From Alphaproteobacteria bacterium (GTDB lineage Bacteria; Pseudomonadota; Alphaproteobacteria; MPNO01): DNA of 64,000 bases. Shown in pieces: positions 19,766-29,200 of the stretch. The DNA lies in NCBI GenBank assembly GCA_965248835.1, contig CBDFLJ010000001.1, forward strand, positions 1,184,001 through 1,248,000, in the 5' to 3' direction. The translations under genes were made by a program, and so were the position numbers. How positions within the stretch are numbered: position 1 is the stretch's first letter; each line of letters opens with the position of its first letter. A model generated the notes under the pieces. The model saw nothing but the letters and a program-made list of their open reading frames with translations. It had not been told where the DNA came from and made no database searches.

Positions 19766-20895
19766 AGCCGCCGGGATCGCCGGTGCCCTCGGGCGACCGG
19801 GCGGTCGCCCGCCTGCTGATCCGCGCGCTGGAAGCCGCCGGGCACAGGGTCGACCTGCCGTCGTCGTTTTGTGCGCGCGAGCCCGGGGGCGATCCATCCC
19901 GCCAGGACCGGCTGCGCCGGACCGGCGGGCGGCTGGCCGGCCGGCTGGTCCGCCGCTACCGCTCCGCGCCGGCGATACAACGGCCGCAGACGTGGTTCAC
20001 CTACCACCTCTACTACAAAGCGCCCGACTGGCTCGGCCCCGCGGTCTCGGCGGCGCTCGACATCCCCTATGTGATTGCCGAGGCCTCGCACGCGCCCAAG
20101 CGCGGCGGCGGGCCGTGGGCGATCGGCCATGACGGCGCGGCGGCGGCTATCCGGTGGGCCGATGCGATCATCGGCCTCAACTCGGCCGATACGGACTGCC
20201 TGCTGCCGCTGGTCGCGGGCCCGGACAAGCTGTGCCAACTCGCCCCGTTCATCGATACGGCACCGTTCGCGGCGGCCGCCGATCGGCGCGCCGACCACCA
20301 GGCGCCGCTTGCCGCACGGCTGGGGCTGGCCGACGGCGCGGCGGTCCTGCTGACGGTTGCGATGATGCGGCGTGGCGACAAGCTCGCCTCCTACCGGGTG
20401 CTGGCCCAGGCGTTGTCGCACCTGGTGGACGAGCCGTGGACGCTGGTGATCGCCGGCGGCGGCCCGGCGCGGGCCGATGTCGAGGCGGCGTTTGCCGCAC
20501 TCCCCGACGGCCGGGTGCATTTCCTGGGCGAGGTCGTGCCCGCCGACCTGCCGGCGCTTTACGCGGCGGCGGACATCTATGTCTGGCCGGCGGTGCGCGA
20601 GGCCTTCGGCGTCGCCATCATCGAAGCCCAGGCGGCGGGCCTGCCGGTGGTCGCCGGCAACGCGGGCGGGGTCGGCGACATCGTTGCGGACGGCGAGACC
20701 GGCATCCTCGCCGCCGAGGGCGATCCCGGCGCCTTCGCCGAGGCGCTGCTATTCCTGCTCCAGGCGCCCTACTACACCGCCGCATATGCCGGCGCGGCGC
20801 GGCGCAAGGCGTCCTCGCGCCACGGTCTGGAGGCCGCCGCGGCCGGCATAGACCGGGTCCTGCGCCGGATTACAGCCAAGACGGCGCATCGGTGA
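19738..20895 (+). CDS. GT4 family glycosyltransferase
   Basis: MRVAFYAPMKPP..PVPSGDR, EAFGVAIIEAQAAGLPVV. Confidence 0.88.
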   Translation: MRVAFYAPMKPPGSPVPSGDRAVARLLIRALEAAGHRVDLPSSFCAREPGGDPSRQDRLRRTGGRLAGRLVRRYRSAPAIQRPQTWFTYHLYYKAPDWLGPAVSAALDIPYVIAEASHAPKRGGGPWAIGHDGAAAAIRWADAIIGLNSADTDCLLPLVAGPDKLCQLAPFIDTAPFAAAADRRADHQAPLAARLGLADGAAVLLTVAMMRRGDKLASYRVLAQALSHLVDEPWTLVIAGGGPARADVEAAFAALPDGRVHFLGEVVPADLPALYAAADIYVWPAVREAFGVAIIEAQAAGLPVVAGNAGGVGDIVADGETGILAAEGDPGAFAEALLFLLQAPYYTAAYAGAARRKASSRHGLEAAAAGIDRVLRRITAKTAHR

Positions 20896-21482
20896 TCCAT
20901 CTCGCCCTGATCCGCCACGGCCCGACCGACTGGAACGAAGCCAGGCTCATCCAGGGCCACGCCGACCGGGCGCTGAGCGAATCCGGTCGCAAGGCGGTCG
21001 CGCAATGGGTCCTGCCCGAAGAGCTCAAGGCGTTCGACTGGTTCGTGAGCCCCTTGGCAAGGGCGCGGGAGACCGCTTGCCTTCTCGGCATCGAGGCGAC
21101 CGTCGAACACGCTTTGATCGAAATGGACTGGGGCGCGTGGGAGGGCCTGAACAGCGCCGAAATCCGCGCCCGGTACGGAACCGAGGAATTCGAGCGCCGC
21201 ACTGCGCACGGCCTCGATCTGAGGCCGCATGGCGGAGAAAGCCCGCGCGAGCTGCGCCAGCGGGTCTCGGCGTGGCTTCTCGGGCGCCGCGCGGCGGGCG
21301 CGGCGGTGGGCGCAGTCTGCCACCAGGGCGTGATCCGCGCGGTGCTGTCGCTTGCCACCGGCTGGGACATGATCGCCAAGCCGCCGGTCCGGCTGGAATG
21401 GGCCGCAGCCCAGCTTTTCGCCATCGACGCTGACGGCGCCGTCACGCTGGAGCGGGCAAACATCATGCTGGACGGCTCATGA
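20892..21482 (+). CDS. histidine phosphatase (phosphoglycerate mutase family)
   Basis: IRHG.T.WN, SPL.RA.ETA, EMDWG.WEG, HQGVIR; GTGA overlap start. Confidence 0.9.
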   Translation: MIHLALIRHGPTDWNEARLIQGHADRALSESGRKAVAQWVLPEELKAFDWFVSPLARARETACLLGIEATVEHALIEMDWGAWEGLNSAEIRARYGTEEFERRTAHGLDLRPHGGESPRELRQRVSAWLLGRRAAGAAVGAVCHQGVIRAVLSLATGWDMIAKPPVRLEWAAAQLFAIDADGAVTLERANIMLDGS

Positions 21483-22633
21483 CCGCAGCCCCGCGCGTGC
21501 TGTTCTACGTCCAGCACCTGCTGGGCATCGGCCATCTCAAGCGCGCGGTAACGCTCGCCCGGGCGCTCGGCGGCGCCGGCGCGGCCGTCACCCTGGTTTC
21601 CGGCGGCCCGGCGGTGCCGGGCCTGGATGCCGGCCGCGCCCGCTTCGTTCAGCTTCCGCCGGTGACCGCGGGCGATCGAACGTTCAAGGTGCTGATCGAC
21701 GAAGCCGGTCGGGAGATGGACGAGGCGCTGCGCAAGGCGCGCGCCGCAGCACTGGTCGCACTGGTCGCCGAGACCGCGCCGGACGCGGTGATCACCGAGC
21801 TTTACCCGTTCGGGCGGCGCCAGCTCCGCAGCGAGATCCTGGCGATGCTCGAAGCGGCCGCCGCCAGAACCCCCAGACCTCTCATCCTTTCCTCGGTCCG
21901 CGATATTCTCGTCACACCGCCCAAGCCCGAGCGAATCACCGAGATGCTGGACGTCATCGAGCGGCTTTACGACCTAGTTCTGGTGCACGGCGATCCGTCG
22001 ATCGTCCCCTTCGAGCGCACTTTCGCGCCGGCCGCGCGCATCGCCCGGAAGATCCGCTATACCGGCTACGTGGTGGACGAAGCGCCGGACGGCGGGGATG
22101 CGGGCGCCGGGGAGGTGATCGTCTCGGCCGGCGGCGGAGCGGTCAGCCAGACGCTGTTCGAGGCCGCGATCGCCGCCCGGCCCCGCACCGCGCTGGCCGG
22201 CGCGCCGTGGCGGGTTCTCGCCGGGCACGGGCTGCCGCAAGACCTGTTCGTGCGCATCCGCTCGGCTGCGCCGGCCGGGGTGGTGGTCGAACGCGCGCGC
22301 GCGGATTTCACCAGCCTGCTTGCCAACTGCCGCCTGTCGATCTCCCAGGGCGGCTACAACACGATGATGGAGCTCCTTGTCACCGGCGCGCGCGCGGTGG
22401 TGGTGCCCTATGCCGGTGGGCTGGAGACCGAGCAGACGCTGCGTGCGCGGCTTCTGGCCGCCGACGCCGGGTTCACGGTCGTCGAGGAGGCGGAGCTGTC
22501 GGCGGCAAAGATCGCCGAGGCCGTCCGGGCCGCAATCGACGCGCCGCCGCCACGGCGGCCGGCGATCGATCTCGACGGCGCGGCGGCGACCGCCCGCTTG
22601 GTCCTCGACGCCCTCGGCGCGCGGGTCGGGTGA
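21479..22633 (+). CDS. second COG4671-type glycosyltransferase
   Basis: YVQHLLGIGHL, ELYPFGRR, SAGGG, SQGGYNT, ETEQ. Confidence 0.85.
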   Translation: MTAAPRVLFYVQHLLGIGHLKRAVTLARALGGAGAAVTLVSGGPAVPGLDAGRARFVQLPPVTAGDRTFKVLIDEAGREMDEALRKARAAALVALVAETAPDAVITELYPFGRRQLRSEILAMLEAAAARTPRPLILSSVRDILVTPPKPERITEMLDVIERLYDLVLVHGDPSIVPFERTFAPAARIARKIRYTGYVVDEAPDGGDAGAGEVIVSAGGGAVSQTLFEAAIAARPRTALAGAPWRVLAGHGLPQDLFVRIRSAAPAGVVVERARADFTSLLANCRLSISQGGYNTMMELLVTGARAVVVPYAGGLETEQTLRARLLAADAGFTVVEEAELSAAKIAEAVRAAIDAPPPRRPAIDLDGAAATARLVLDALGARVG

Positions 22634-22643
22634 GCGTGCGGTG

Positions 22644-23177
22644 ATGTCGACCGCCCCGATCCCGGCGGCCGACGGCACGCGCCTGGTCTACCCGCCCGGC
22701 GCCACCGCGGCGGCGCTCCTGCGCACCGGCGCCGGTCTGGCGCTCACGCTCGGGCCGCTGGCGCTCATCGGGCCGAGCGATGAGGCCGCGCTGATCCTCG
22801 GCGGTCTGGCGCTGGTCTTCACCGTCTACGGCGCCCAGGCGCTGGTTCGGGCGCGGTCCGAAATCGTCGTCTCGCAGGAAGGGGTCCGCGTGGACGGGCC
22901 GATCCCGGCCCGCGTCCTTTGGGACGCGCTTGTCAGGGTGAAGTTGCGTTACTATACGACCAGTAGAGACCGCGTCGGTGGATGGATGGTCCTGACGATA
23001 AAGGGAACAGAGCAGGCCGTTCGCGTCGAATCGACACTCGAGGGCTTCGCCGGCCTGCTGGCGCGCACCGTCGGCGAGGCGCAGGCCCGCGGCGTCGCGC
23101 TGCCGGCCGCGACGTGCGGCAATTTGCGCCCGTTCGGCATCGAAGCCGATGACCGAGCCGCCCGAGACCGAAGCTGA
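22644..23177 (+). CDS. hypothetical membrane protein (2 TM plus small beta domain)
   Basis: In-operon ORF with two hydrophobic helices then LRYY...GGWMVL; abuts the next gene. Confidence 0.65.
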   Translation: MSTAPIPAADGTRLVYPPGATAAALLRTGAGLALTLGPLALIGPSDEAALILGGLALVFTVYGAQALVRARSEIVVSQEGVRVDGPIPARVLWDALVRVKLRYYTTSRDRVGGWMVLTIKGTEQAVRVESTLEGFAGLLARTVGEAQARGVALPAATCGNLRPFGIEADDRAARDRS

Positions 23178-25075
23178 TGTCCGAGCCGGCAGTCGACCTC
23201 CTGAGCGTCGATGATCTCAAGGTCGAGTTTCAGATCCCCGCCGGTGTGGTCAAGGCGGTCGATGGCGTCAGCTTCCGCGTCGCGGCCAACCGGACCACGG
23301 CGCTGGTCGGCGAGTCCGGCTCGGGCAAGACCGTGGTCTCGCAGGCCATTATGGGGATCCTGCCCAAATCCGCCCGCATCACCGGCGGACAAATCCTGTT
23401 CCGCGACCCGGCGCGCCCGGGCGAGGCGGTCGACCTGACCAAGCTCGCCGTCGACGGCAAGCGGATGCGGGCGATCCGCGGCGGCCGCATTTCGATCATC
23501 TTCCAGGAACCGATGACGTCGCTGTCGCCCCTGCACACGATCGGCGACCAGATCGGCGAGGCGCTGGTGCTGCACCGCAAGGCCAGCAAGGCCGAGGCGG
23601 TCGAGCTCGTCGTCGAGATGCTGCGTCTGGTCAGCTTCCCGGACCCTGGCAGGGCGGTCAAGACCTATCCTTTCGAGCTGTCGGGCGGGCTGCGCCAGCG
23701 CGCGATGATCGCCATGGCGCTGGTCTGCCGCCCGGCGCTGCTGGTCGCCGACGAGCCCACGACGGCGCTCGACGTCACCATCCAGGCGCAGATCCTCAAG
23801 CTGATCGGCGACCTCCAGTCCGAGCTCGACATGGCGGTGCTGATGATCACCCACGACCTCGGCGTGGTCGCCAACGTGGCCGAGGAGATCGTGGTGATGT
23901 ATCACGGCAAGGTCATGGAGAGCGGCCCGCTGGAGGAGATCTTTAACAACCCGGGCCATGACTATCTCAGGGGACTGTTGCGCGCGGTGCCGCGCTTCCA
24001 CATGGCGCCGGGCGAGCGTCTGGTGCCGCTGCGCGAGATCCGGCACGCGACCGGGCACCTCCTGAGCCCGCCGGCGGAAGAGCCCGCGCCGTCGGCCGCG
24101 GACCGTCCGCTGCTCGCGGTCGCGGGCCTGACCAAACGCTTCAGCCTGCGCAAGTCGGGCATCTTCGGCAGCGGCGGCGGCGAGGTGCTCGCGGTCGAGG
24201 ATGTCAGCCTGCACGTCCGTCGCGGCGAATGCCTCGGCCTGGTGGGGGAGAGCGGCTGCGGCAAGACCACCCTGTCCAAGATGATCATGCGTGCGCTCAA
24301 GCCCGATTCCGGGGAAATCGTCTTCGACGACGACGGCACGGCGGTCGACCTTGCGCGGCTGGGCGAGCGCCAGATGCTGCCCTACCGGCGCAAGATCCAG
24401 TTCATCTTCCAGGACCCCTTCAGCTCGCTCAACCCGCGGATGACGGTCTTCGACATCATCTCCGAGCCGCTGATCATCCACGCGGTGGGCGATGAGGATT
24501 ACCGCGCCGAAATGGTCCGCGAGCTGATGGCGCTGGTCGGGCTGGACCCGCGCCATCTCAACCGCTACCCGCACAGCTTCTCCGGCGGCCAGCGCCAGCG
24601 GATCGGGATCGCCCGCGCGCTCGCGCTCAGACCCCGGCTGCTGATCTGCGACGAGCCGGTGTCGGCGCTCGACGTCTCGGTCCAGGCGCAGATCCTCAAC
24701 CTGCTCCGGGACCTGCGCGCGGAACTCGGGCTGACCTACATCTTCATCTCCCACAACCTGGCCGTGGTCGACTACATCTCCGACCGGATCGCGGTGATGT
24801 GCGCCGGCCGCCTGGTCGAGACCGCGCCGCGCGAGATCCTGTTCAAGCAGCCGGTCCACCCCTACACCAGGGCGCTCCTGGCCGCGGTGCCCGAACCGGA
24901 CCCCGATTCCCGGCTCGACCTCGGGGCGCTGATGGACGGCAAGGCCTCGGACCCGGCGGAATGGCCGGCACCGTTCACGCTGGACGGGGCCGGCGGCGCG
25001 GTGCTGCACGATCTCGGCGGCGAGCATTTCGTGCGCGCGAGGGACGGCGCAAGCGGCGCGGAACTGCTGCAATGA
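23177..25075 (+). CDS. Dpp/Opp-family ABC importer, fused double ATPase
   Basis: Two NBDs ([16 protein letters not shown]), LSGG and FSGG signatures, HPYT motif. Confidence 0.92.
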   Translation: MSEPAVDLLSVDDLKVEFQIPAGVVKAVDGVSFRVAANRTTALVGESGSGKTVVSQAIMGILPKSARITGGQILFRDPARPGEAVDLTKLAVDGKRMRAIRGGRISIIFQEPMTSLSPLHTIGDQIGEALVLHRKASKAEAVELVVEMLRLVSFPDPGRAVKTYPFELSGGLRQRAMIAMALVCRPALLVADEPTTALDVTIQAQILKLIGDLQSELDMAVLMITHDLGVVANVAEEIVVMYHGKVMESGPLEEIFNNPGHDYLRGLLRAVPRFHMAPGERLVPLREIRHATGHLLSPPAEEPAPSAADRPLLAVAGLTKRFSLRKSGIFGSGGGEVLAVEDVSLHVRRGECLGLVGESGCGKTTLSKMIMRALKPDSGEIVFDDDGTAVDLARLGERQMLPYRRKIQFIFQDPFSSLNPRMTVFDIISEPLIIHAVGDEDYRAEMVRELMALVGLDPRHLNRYPHSFSGGQRQRIGIARALALRPRLLICDEPVSALDVSVQAQILNLLRDLRAELGLTYIFISHNLAVVDYISDRIAVMCAGRLVETAPREILFKQPVHPYTRALLAAVPEPDPDSRLDLGALMDGKASDPAEWPAPFTLDGAGGAVLHDLGGEHFVRARDGASGAELLQ

Positions 25076-26994
25076 CCGCGCCGATGATCCCGGCGGCCGC
25101 CGTGCTGGCGCTGGTGGCCGGCGCCGCCGCTGCGGCCGGGATCAAGCCGGTCGAGACGCCTTGGCTTGCCGCCGCGGTCGCGGCGGGAAAGCTGCCGCCG
25201 GTCGCACAGCGCCTGCCGCAAAGCCCGGCGGTCGCCGATTTCGCGCCCGCCTGGCGGGTGATCGGCCGGCATGGCGGGACGCTGCGGCTGGTGATGGGCC
25301 TGGCCAAGGACATCCGGATGATGGTGGTCTACGGCTATGCGCGGCTGGTCGGTTACGACCACGAGGGCAACCTGCGCGCCGATATCCTCGAGCGCTACGA
25401 GGTCGAGGGCAGCCGGCGGTTCCGGCTCCACCTGCGCAAGGGCCATCGCTGGTCCGACGGCGTGCCGTTCACCAGCGAGGATTTCCGGTATTTCTGGCAG
25501 GACATGGCCAACAACCCCGAGCTGTCGCCGCTGGGTCCGCCCAAGCTGATGGTGGTCGAGGGCGAGAAGGCGCAGTTCCGCCAGATCGACGCGCACACGG
25601 TCGAATACGCCTGGTCGCGGCCCAACCCCTATTTTCTGCCGGCGCTAGCCGCGGCAAGGCCGTTCTACCTCTACCGCCCGGCGCACTATCTCAAGCGTTA
25701 CCACGCCGCCTATGCCGACCCGAAGACGCTCGCCAGGCTGGTCGAGACGTCGCGGCGGCGGAACTGGGCCTCGCTCCACAACCGCATGGACAACCAGTAC
25801 AAGAACGACAATCCCGACCTGCCGAGCCTGCAGCCCTGGATCAACCGGCAGAAGCCGCCGGCCAAGCGCTTCGTGTTCGAGCGCAACCCCTATTACCACC
25901 GCATCGATCCGGCCGGCCGCCAGCTTCCCTATATCGACCGGGTGGCGCTGCATATCGCCGACGGCAAGATCATTCCGCTCAAGACCGGCGCGGGCGAAAC
26001 CGATCTGCAGGCCCGCGGGCTGCATTTCAACGACTACACCTTCCTCAAGGCGGGCGAGGAGCGCGAGAACCAGCGGGTGCACCTGTGGCGAACCGCCAAG
26101 GGCGCCAAGCTCGCCCTGTTCCCCAACCTCAATGCAAGCGATCCAGTGTGGCGCGCGCTGTTCCGCGACACCCGATTCCGCCGGGCGCTGTCGTTGGCGA
26201 TCGACCGGCACGAGATCAACCAGGCGATCTATTTCGGTCTCGCGATCGAGGGCAACAACACCGTCCTTCCCGGCAGCCCGCTGTTCCGTAAATCCTATCA
26301 GACCAACTGGGCGAATTTCGACCTCGAGACCGCCAATCGGCTGCTCGACGAGATCGGTCTGACCGGGCGCGACCGACGCGGACTGCGGCTGCTCCCCGAC
26401 GGAAGGCCGATGGAGATCATCGTCGAGACCGCGGGCGAGGACTCCGAGCAGTCCGACGTGCTGGAGCTGGTGCACGACACCTGGCGCAAGATCGGCATCA
26501 AGCTCTACACCAGGCCGTCCCAGCGCGAGGTGTTCCGCAACCGCATCTTCGCCGGCCGGACCCTGGTCTCGATCTGGTCGGGCCACGAGAACGGGCTGCC
26601 GAACAGCGCCACCATCCCCGACGAGTTCGCGCCGACCAGCCAGCAACAGTTCCAATGGCCCAGATGGGGCCAGCACTACCAGACCAAGGGCAGGCTGGGC
26701 CGGGCGCCCGACCTCGCCGACGCAACCGCGCTGCTTCGCCTCAACCGCGCCTGGGTGGAGGCGGCAAGTCCGGCCGAGCGCGAAGCGATCTGGCACCGGA
26801 TGCTCGAGATCAACACCGCCAACGTGTTCACCATCGGGCTGATCGCCGGCACGCTGCAGCCGGTCGTGGTCAGCAACCGGCTGCGCAACGTTCCGGAAAA
26901 GGGCGTCTACAACTGGAACCCGGGCGCGCATTTCGGGGTCTACCGGCCGGACCTGTTCTGGCTCGACGGCCCCAAGTCCGCCGCCGGCCGCTAG
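25072..26994 (+). CDS. family 5 ABC solute-binding protein
   Basis: Signal peptide, GKLPPVAQRLP, WSDG.PFT.ED, QLPYID, FRRALSLAIDR. Confidence 0.9.
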   Translation: MTAPMIPAAAVLALVAGAAAAAGIKPVETPWLAAAVAAGKLPPVAQRLPQSPAVADFAPAWRVIGRHGGTLRLVMGLAKDIRMMVVYGYARLVGYDHEGNLRADILERYEVEGSRRFRLHLRKGHRWSDGVPFTSEDFRYFWQDMANNPELSPLGPPKLMVVEGEKAQFRQIDAHTVEYAWSRPNPYFLPALAAARPFYLYRPAHYLKRYHAAYADPKTLARLVETSRRRNWASLHNRMDNQYKNDNPDLPSLQPWINRQKPPAKRFVFERNPYYHRIDPAGRQLPYIDRVALHIADGKIIPLKTGAGETDLQARGLHFNDYTFLKAGEERENQRVHLWRTAKGAKLALFPNLNASDPVWRALFRDTRFRRALSLAIDRHEINQAIYFGLAIEGNNTVLPGSPLFRKSYQTNWANFDLETANRLLDEIGLTGRDRRGLRLLPDGRPMEIIVETAGEDSEQSDVLELVHDTWRKIGIKLYTRPSQREVFRNRIFAGRTLVSIWSGHENGLPNSATIPDEFAPTSQQQFQWPRWGQHYQTKGRLGRAPDLADATALLRLNRAWVEAASPAEREAIWHRMLEINTANVFTIGLIAGTLQPVVVSNRLRNVPEKGVYNWNPGAHFGVYRPDLFWLDGPKSAAGR

Positions 26995-27014
26995 CGGGAG
27001 GGCAGACGGGAACG

Positions 27015-28013
27015 ATGATCGGATATGTCGTCCGCCGCCTGCTGATCATGATTCCGAGTCTGCTGGCGATCAGCCTGATCGTGTTCGTGATCATCCAGCT
27101 GCCGCCGGGCGACTACCTGACCAGCTACGTCGCCGAGCTCCAGGCTCAGGGCGAATCCGTCAACGAGCAGAAGCTTGCCTTCCTGCGCCAGCAATACGGT
27201 CTCGACCGGCCGGGATGGGAGCAGTACCTGCTGTGGCTGTCCGGCATGCTGCGGGGCGATTTCGGCTTCTCGTTCGAGTTCAACCTGCCGGTCAGCGAGG
27301 TGGTCGGCGATGTCTTGTGGCTATCCTTCATCGTCTCGTTCAGCACCATCGTGTTCACCTGGGTGGTGTCTTTCCCGATCGGGGTCTACTCGGCGACCCA
27401 TCAGTATAGCTGGGGCGATTACGGGATGACCTTCATCGGCTTCCTGGGGCTGGCGACACCCAACTTCCTGCTCGCTCTGGTGCTGATCTACCTCGCCAAG
27501 CTGTGGTTCGGCACCTCGATCGGCGGGCTGATGGAGGCGCAGTTCATCGGCCAGCCCTGGTCGTGGGCCAAGATCGTCTCGATCCTGGAGCATCTGTGGA
27601 TCCCGGTGGTGGTGATCGGCACCTCGGGCACCGCCGGGATGATCCGCCGGCTGCGCGCGAACCTCCTCGACGAGCTGGAGAAGCAGTACGTGGTCACCGG
27701 CCGCGCCAAGGGCCTGCCGCCGGGCCGGCTACTGATCAAGTACCCGCTGCGCATGGCGCTCAACCCGTTCATCGCCGACATCGGCAACCTGCTGCCCCAG
27801 GTCATCTCGGGCGCGGCGATCGTCTCGGTGGTGCTCGACCTGCCGACGACCGGGCCGATGCTGTTGCGCGCGCTGCAGAGCCAGGACATGTATCTGGCCG
27901 GCTCTTTCCTGATGTTCCTGGCAAGCCTGACGGTGGTCGGGGTGTTCGTCTCCGACCTCGCGCTGGCGATGCTCGATCCGCGGATCCGCCTCCAGGGAGG
28001 GCGCGAGCGGTGA
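27015..28013 (+). CDS. DppB/OppB-like permease
   Basis: QLPPGD, YGLD, GDFG.S, EAA-like YVVTGRAKG, QDMYLAG. Confidence 0.9.
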   Translation: MIGYVVRRLLIMIPSLLAISLIVFVIIQLPPGDYLTSYVAELQAQGESVNEQKLAFLRQQYGLDRPGWEQYLLWLSGMLRGDFGFSFEFNLPVSEVVGDVLWLSFIVSFSTIVFTWVVSFPIGVYSATHQYSWGDYGMTFIGFLGLATPNFLLALVLIYLAKLWFGTSIGGLMEAQFIGQPWSWAKIVSILEHLWIPVVVIGTSGTAGMIRRLRANLLDELEKQYVVTGRAKGLPPGRLLIKYPLRMALNPFIADIGNLLPQVISGAAIVSVVLDLPTTGPMLLRALQSQDMYLAGSFLMFLASLTVVGVFVSDLALAMLDPRIRLQGGRER

Positions 28014-29170
28014 GCGGCGAGGCCAGGTTGCCGCACTACGTCTCGCCCGAGCCGTTCGACCCCCATGTCGCCGAAGCGCTCACGCCCGAGCAGGAACGCT
28101 TCTACATGGCCTCCCAGTGGCGCATGGTCTGGTGGCGCTTCCGTCGCCACCGCCCGGCCGTCTGGTCGGGGGTGTTCCTGCTGGCGATGTACGCCTCGAT
28201 CGTGGTCTGCGAGATCCTCGCGCCCTACAATCTGCATTCCCGCAACACCGACTTCATCTTCGCCGCGCCCCAGCCGGTGCACCTGTTCCACGACGGCGCG
28301 CTCGTCGGGCCGTTCACCTACGGCACGACCTATCGTCTGGACATGACCGAGCTTCGCCGCGTCTACGGCGAGGACAAGTCTGTCATCCACCGGATCCGGT
28401 TCTTCTGCCTGGGCGACGGTTACGACCTTTGGGGCCTGATCCCCGGCCGCTTCCACATCGTCTGCCCGCACCCGGAGGGCACGCTGTTCCTGTGGGGGAC
28501 CGACCGGCTGGGCCGCGATGTCCTGTCGCGGATCATCTACGGCGCGCGAATCTCGCTCACCGTCGGCCTGATCGGGATCTCGATCAGCTTCATCCTCGGC
28601 ATGGCGGTCGGCGGGCTCGCCGGCTATTACGGCGGCTGGGTGGACAACATCACCCAGCGGGCGATCGAGATCATTCGCTCCTTCCCCGAACTGCCGCTGT
28701 GGATGGCGCTGTCCGCCGCGCTCCCGGTGAACTGGAGCCCGATCCTGATCTATTTCGGGATCACCATCATCCTGGGGCTGCTCGACTGGACGGGGCTCGC
28801 GCGCGCGGTGCGCTCGAAGCTCCTGGCGATCCGCGAGGAGGATTTCGTCGCCGCCGCCGTGGTCATGGGCGCGCGCCCGGGGCGGGTCATCTTCCGCCAC
28901 ATGATGCCGTCGTTCATGAGCCACCTGATCGCCTCGGCGACGCTGTCGATCCCGGCGATGATCCTGGGCGAGACCGCGCTCAGCTTCCTCGGCCTCGGCC
29001 TGCGCCCGCCGATCACGAGCTGGGGCGTGCTCCTGGCCGAGGCCCAGAACATCAACGTGGTCGCGCTCTATCCCTGGCTGATGCTGCCGGTGGCCCCGGT
29101 CATCCTGGTGATCCTCGCCTTCAACTTCCTGGGCGACGGCCTGCGGGACGCGGCCGACCCCTACCGCTGA
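28010..29170 (+). CDS. DppC/OppC-like permease
   Basis: GTDRLGRD.LSR, ETALSFLGLG, FNFLGDGLRDA.DP. Confidence 0.9.
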   Translation: MSGEARLPHYVSPEPFDPHVAEALTPEQERFYMASQWRMVWWRFRRHRPAVWSGVFLLAMYASIVVCEILAPYNLHSRNTDFIFAAPQPVHLFHDGALVGPFTYGTTYRLDMTELRRVYGEDKSVIHRIRFFCLGDGYDLWGLIPGRFHIVCPHPEGTLFLWGTDRLGRDVLSRIIYGARISLTVGLIGISISFILGMAVGGLAGYYGGWVDNITQRAIEIIRSFPELPLWMALSAALPVNWSPILIYFGITIILGLLDWTGLARAVRSKLLAIREEDFVAAAVVMGARPGRVIFRHMMPSFMSHLIASATLSIPAMILGETALSFLGLGLRPPITSWGVLLAEAQNINVVALYPWLMLPVAPVILVILAFNFLGDGLRDAADPYR

Positions 29171-29200
29171 TCGATCGCGGCAGCGGCCTCGCCCGGGCGA

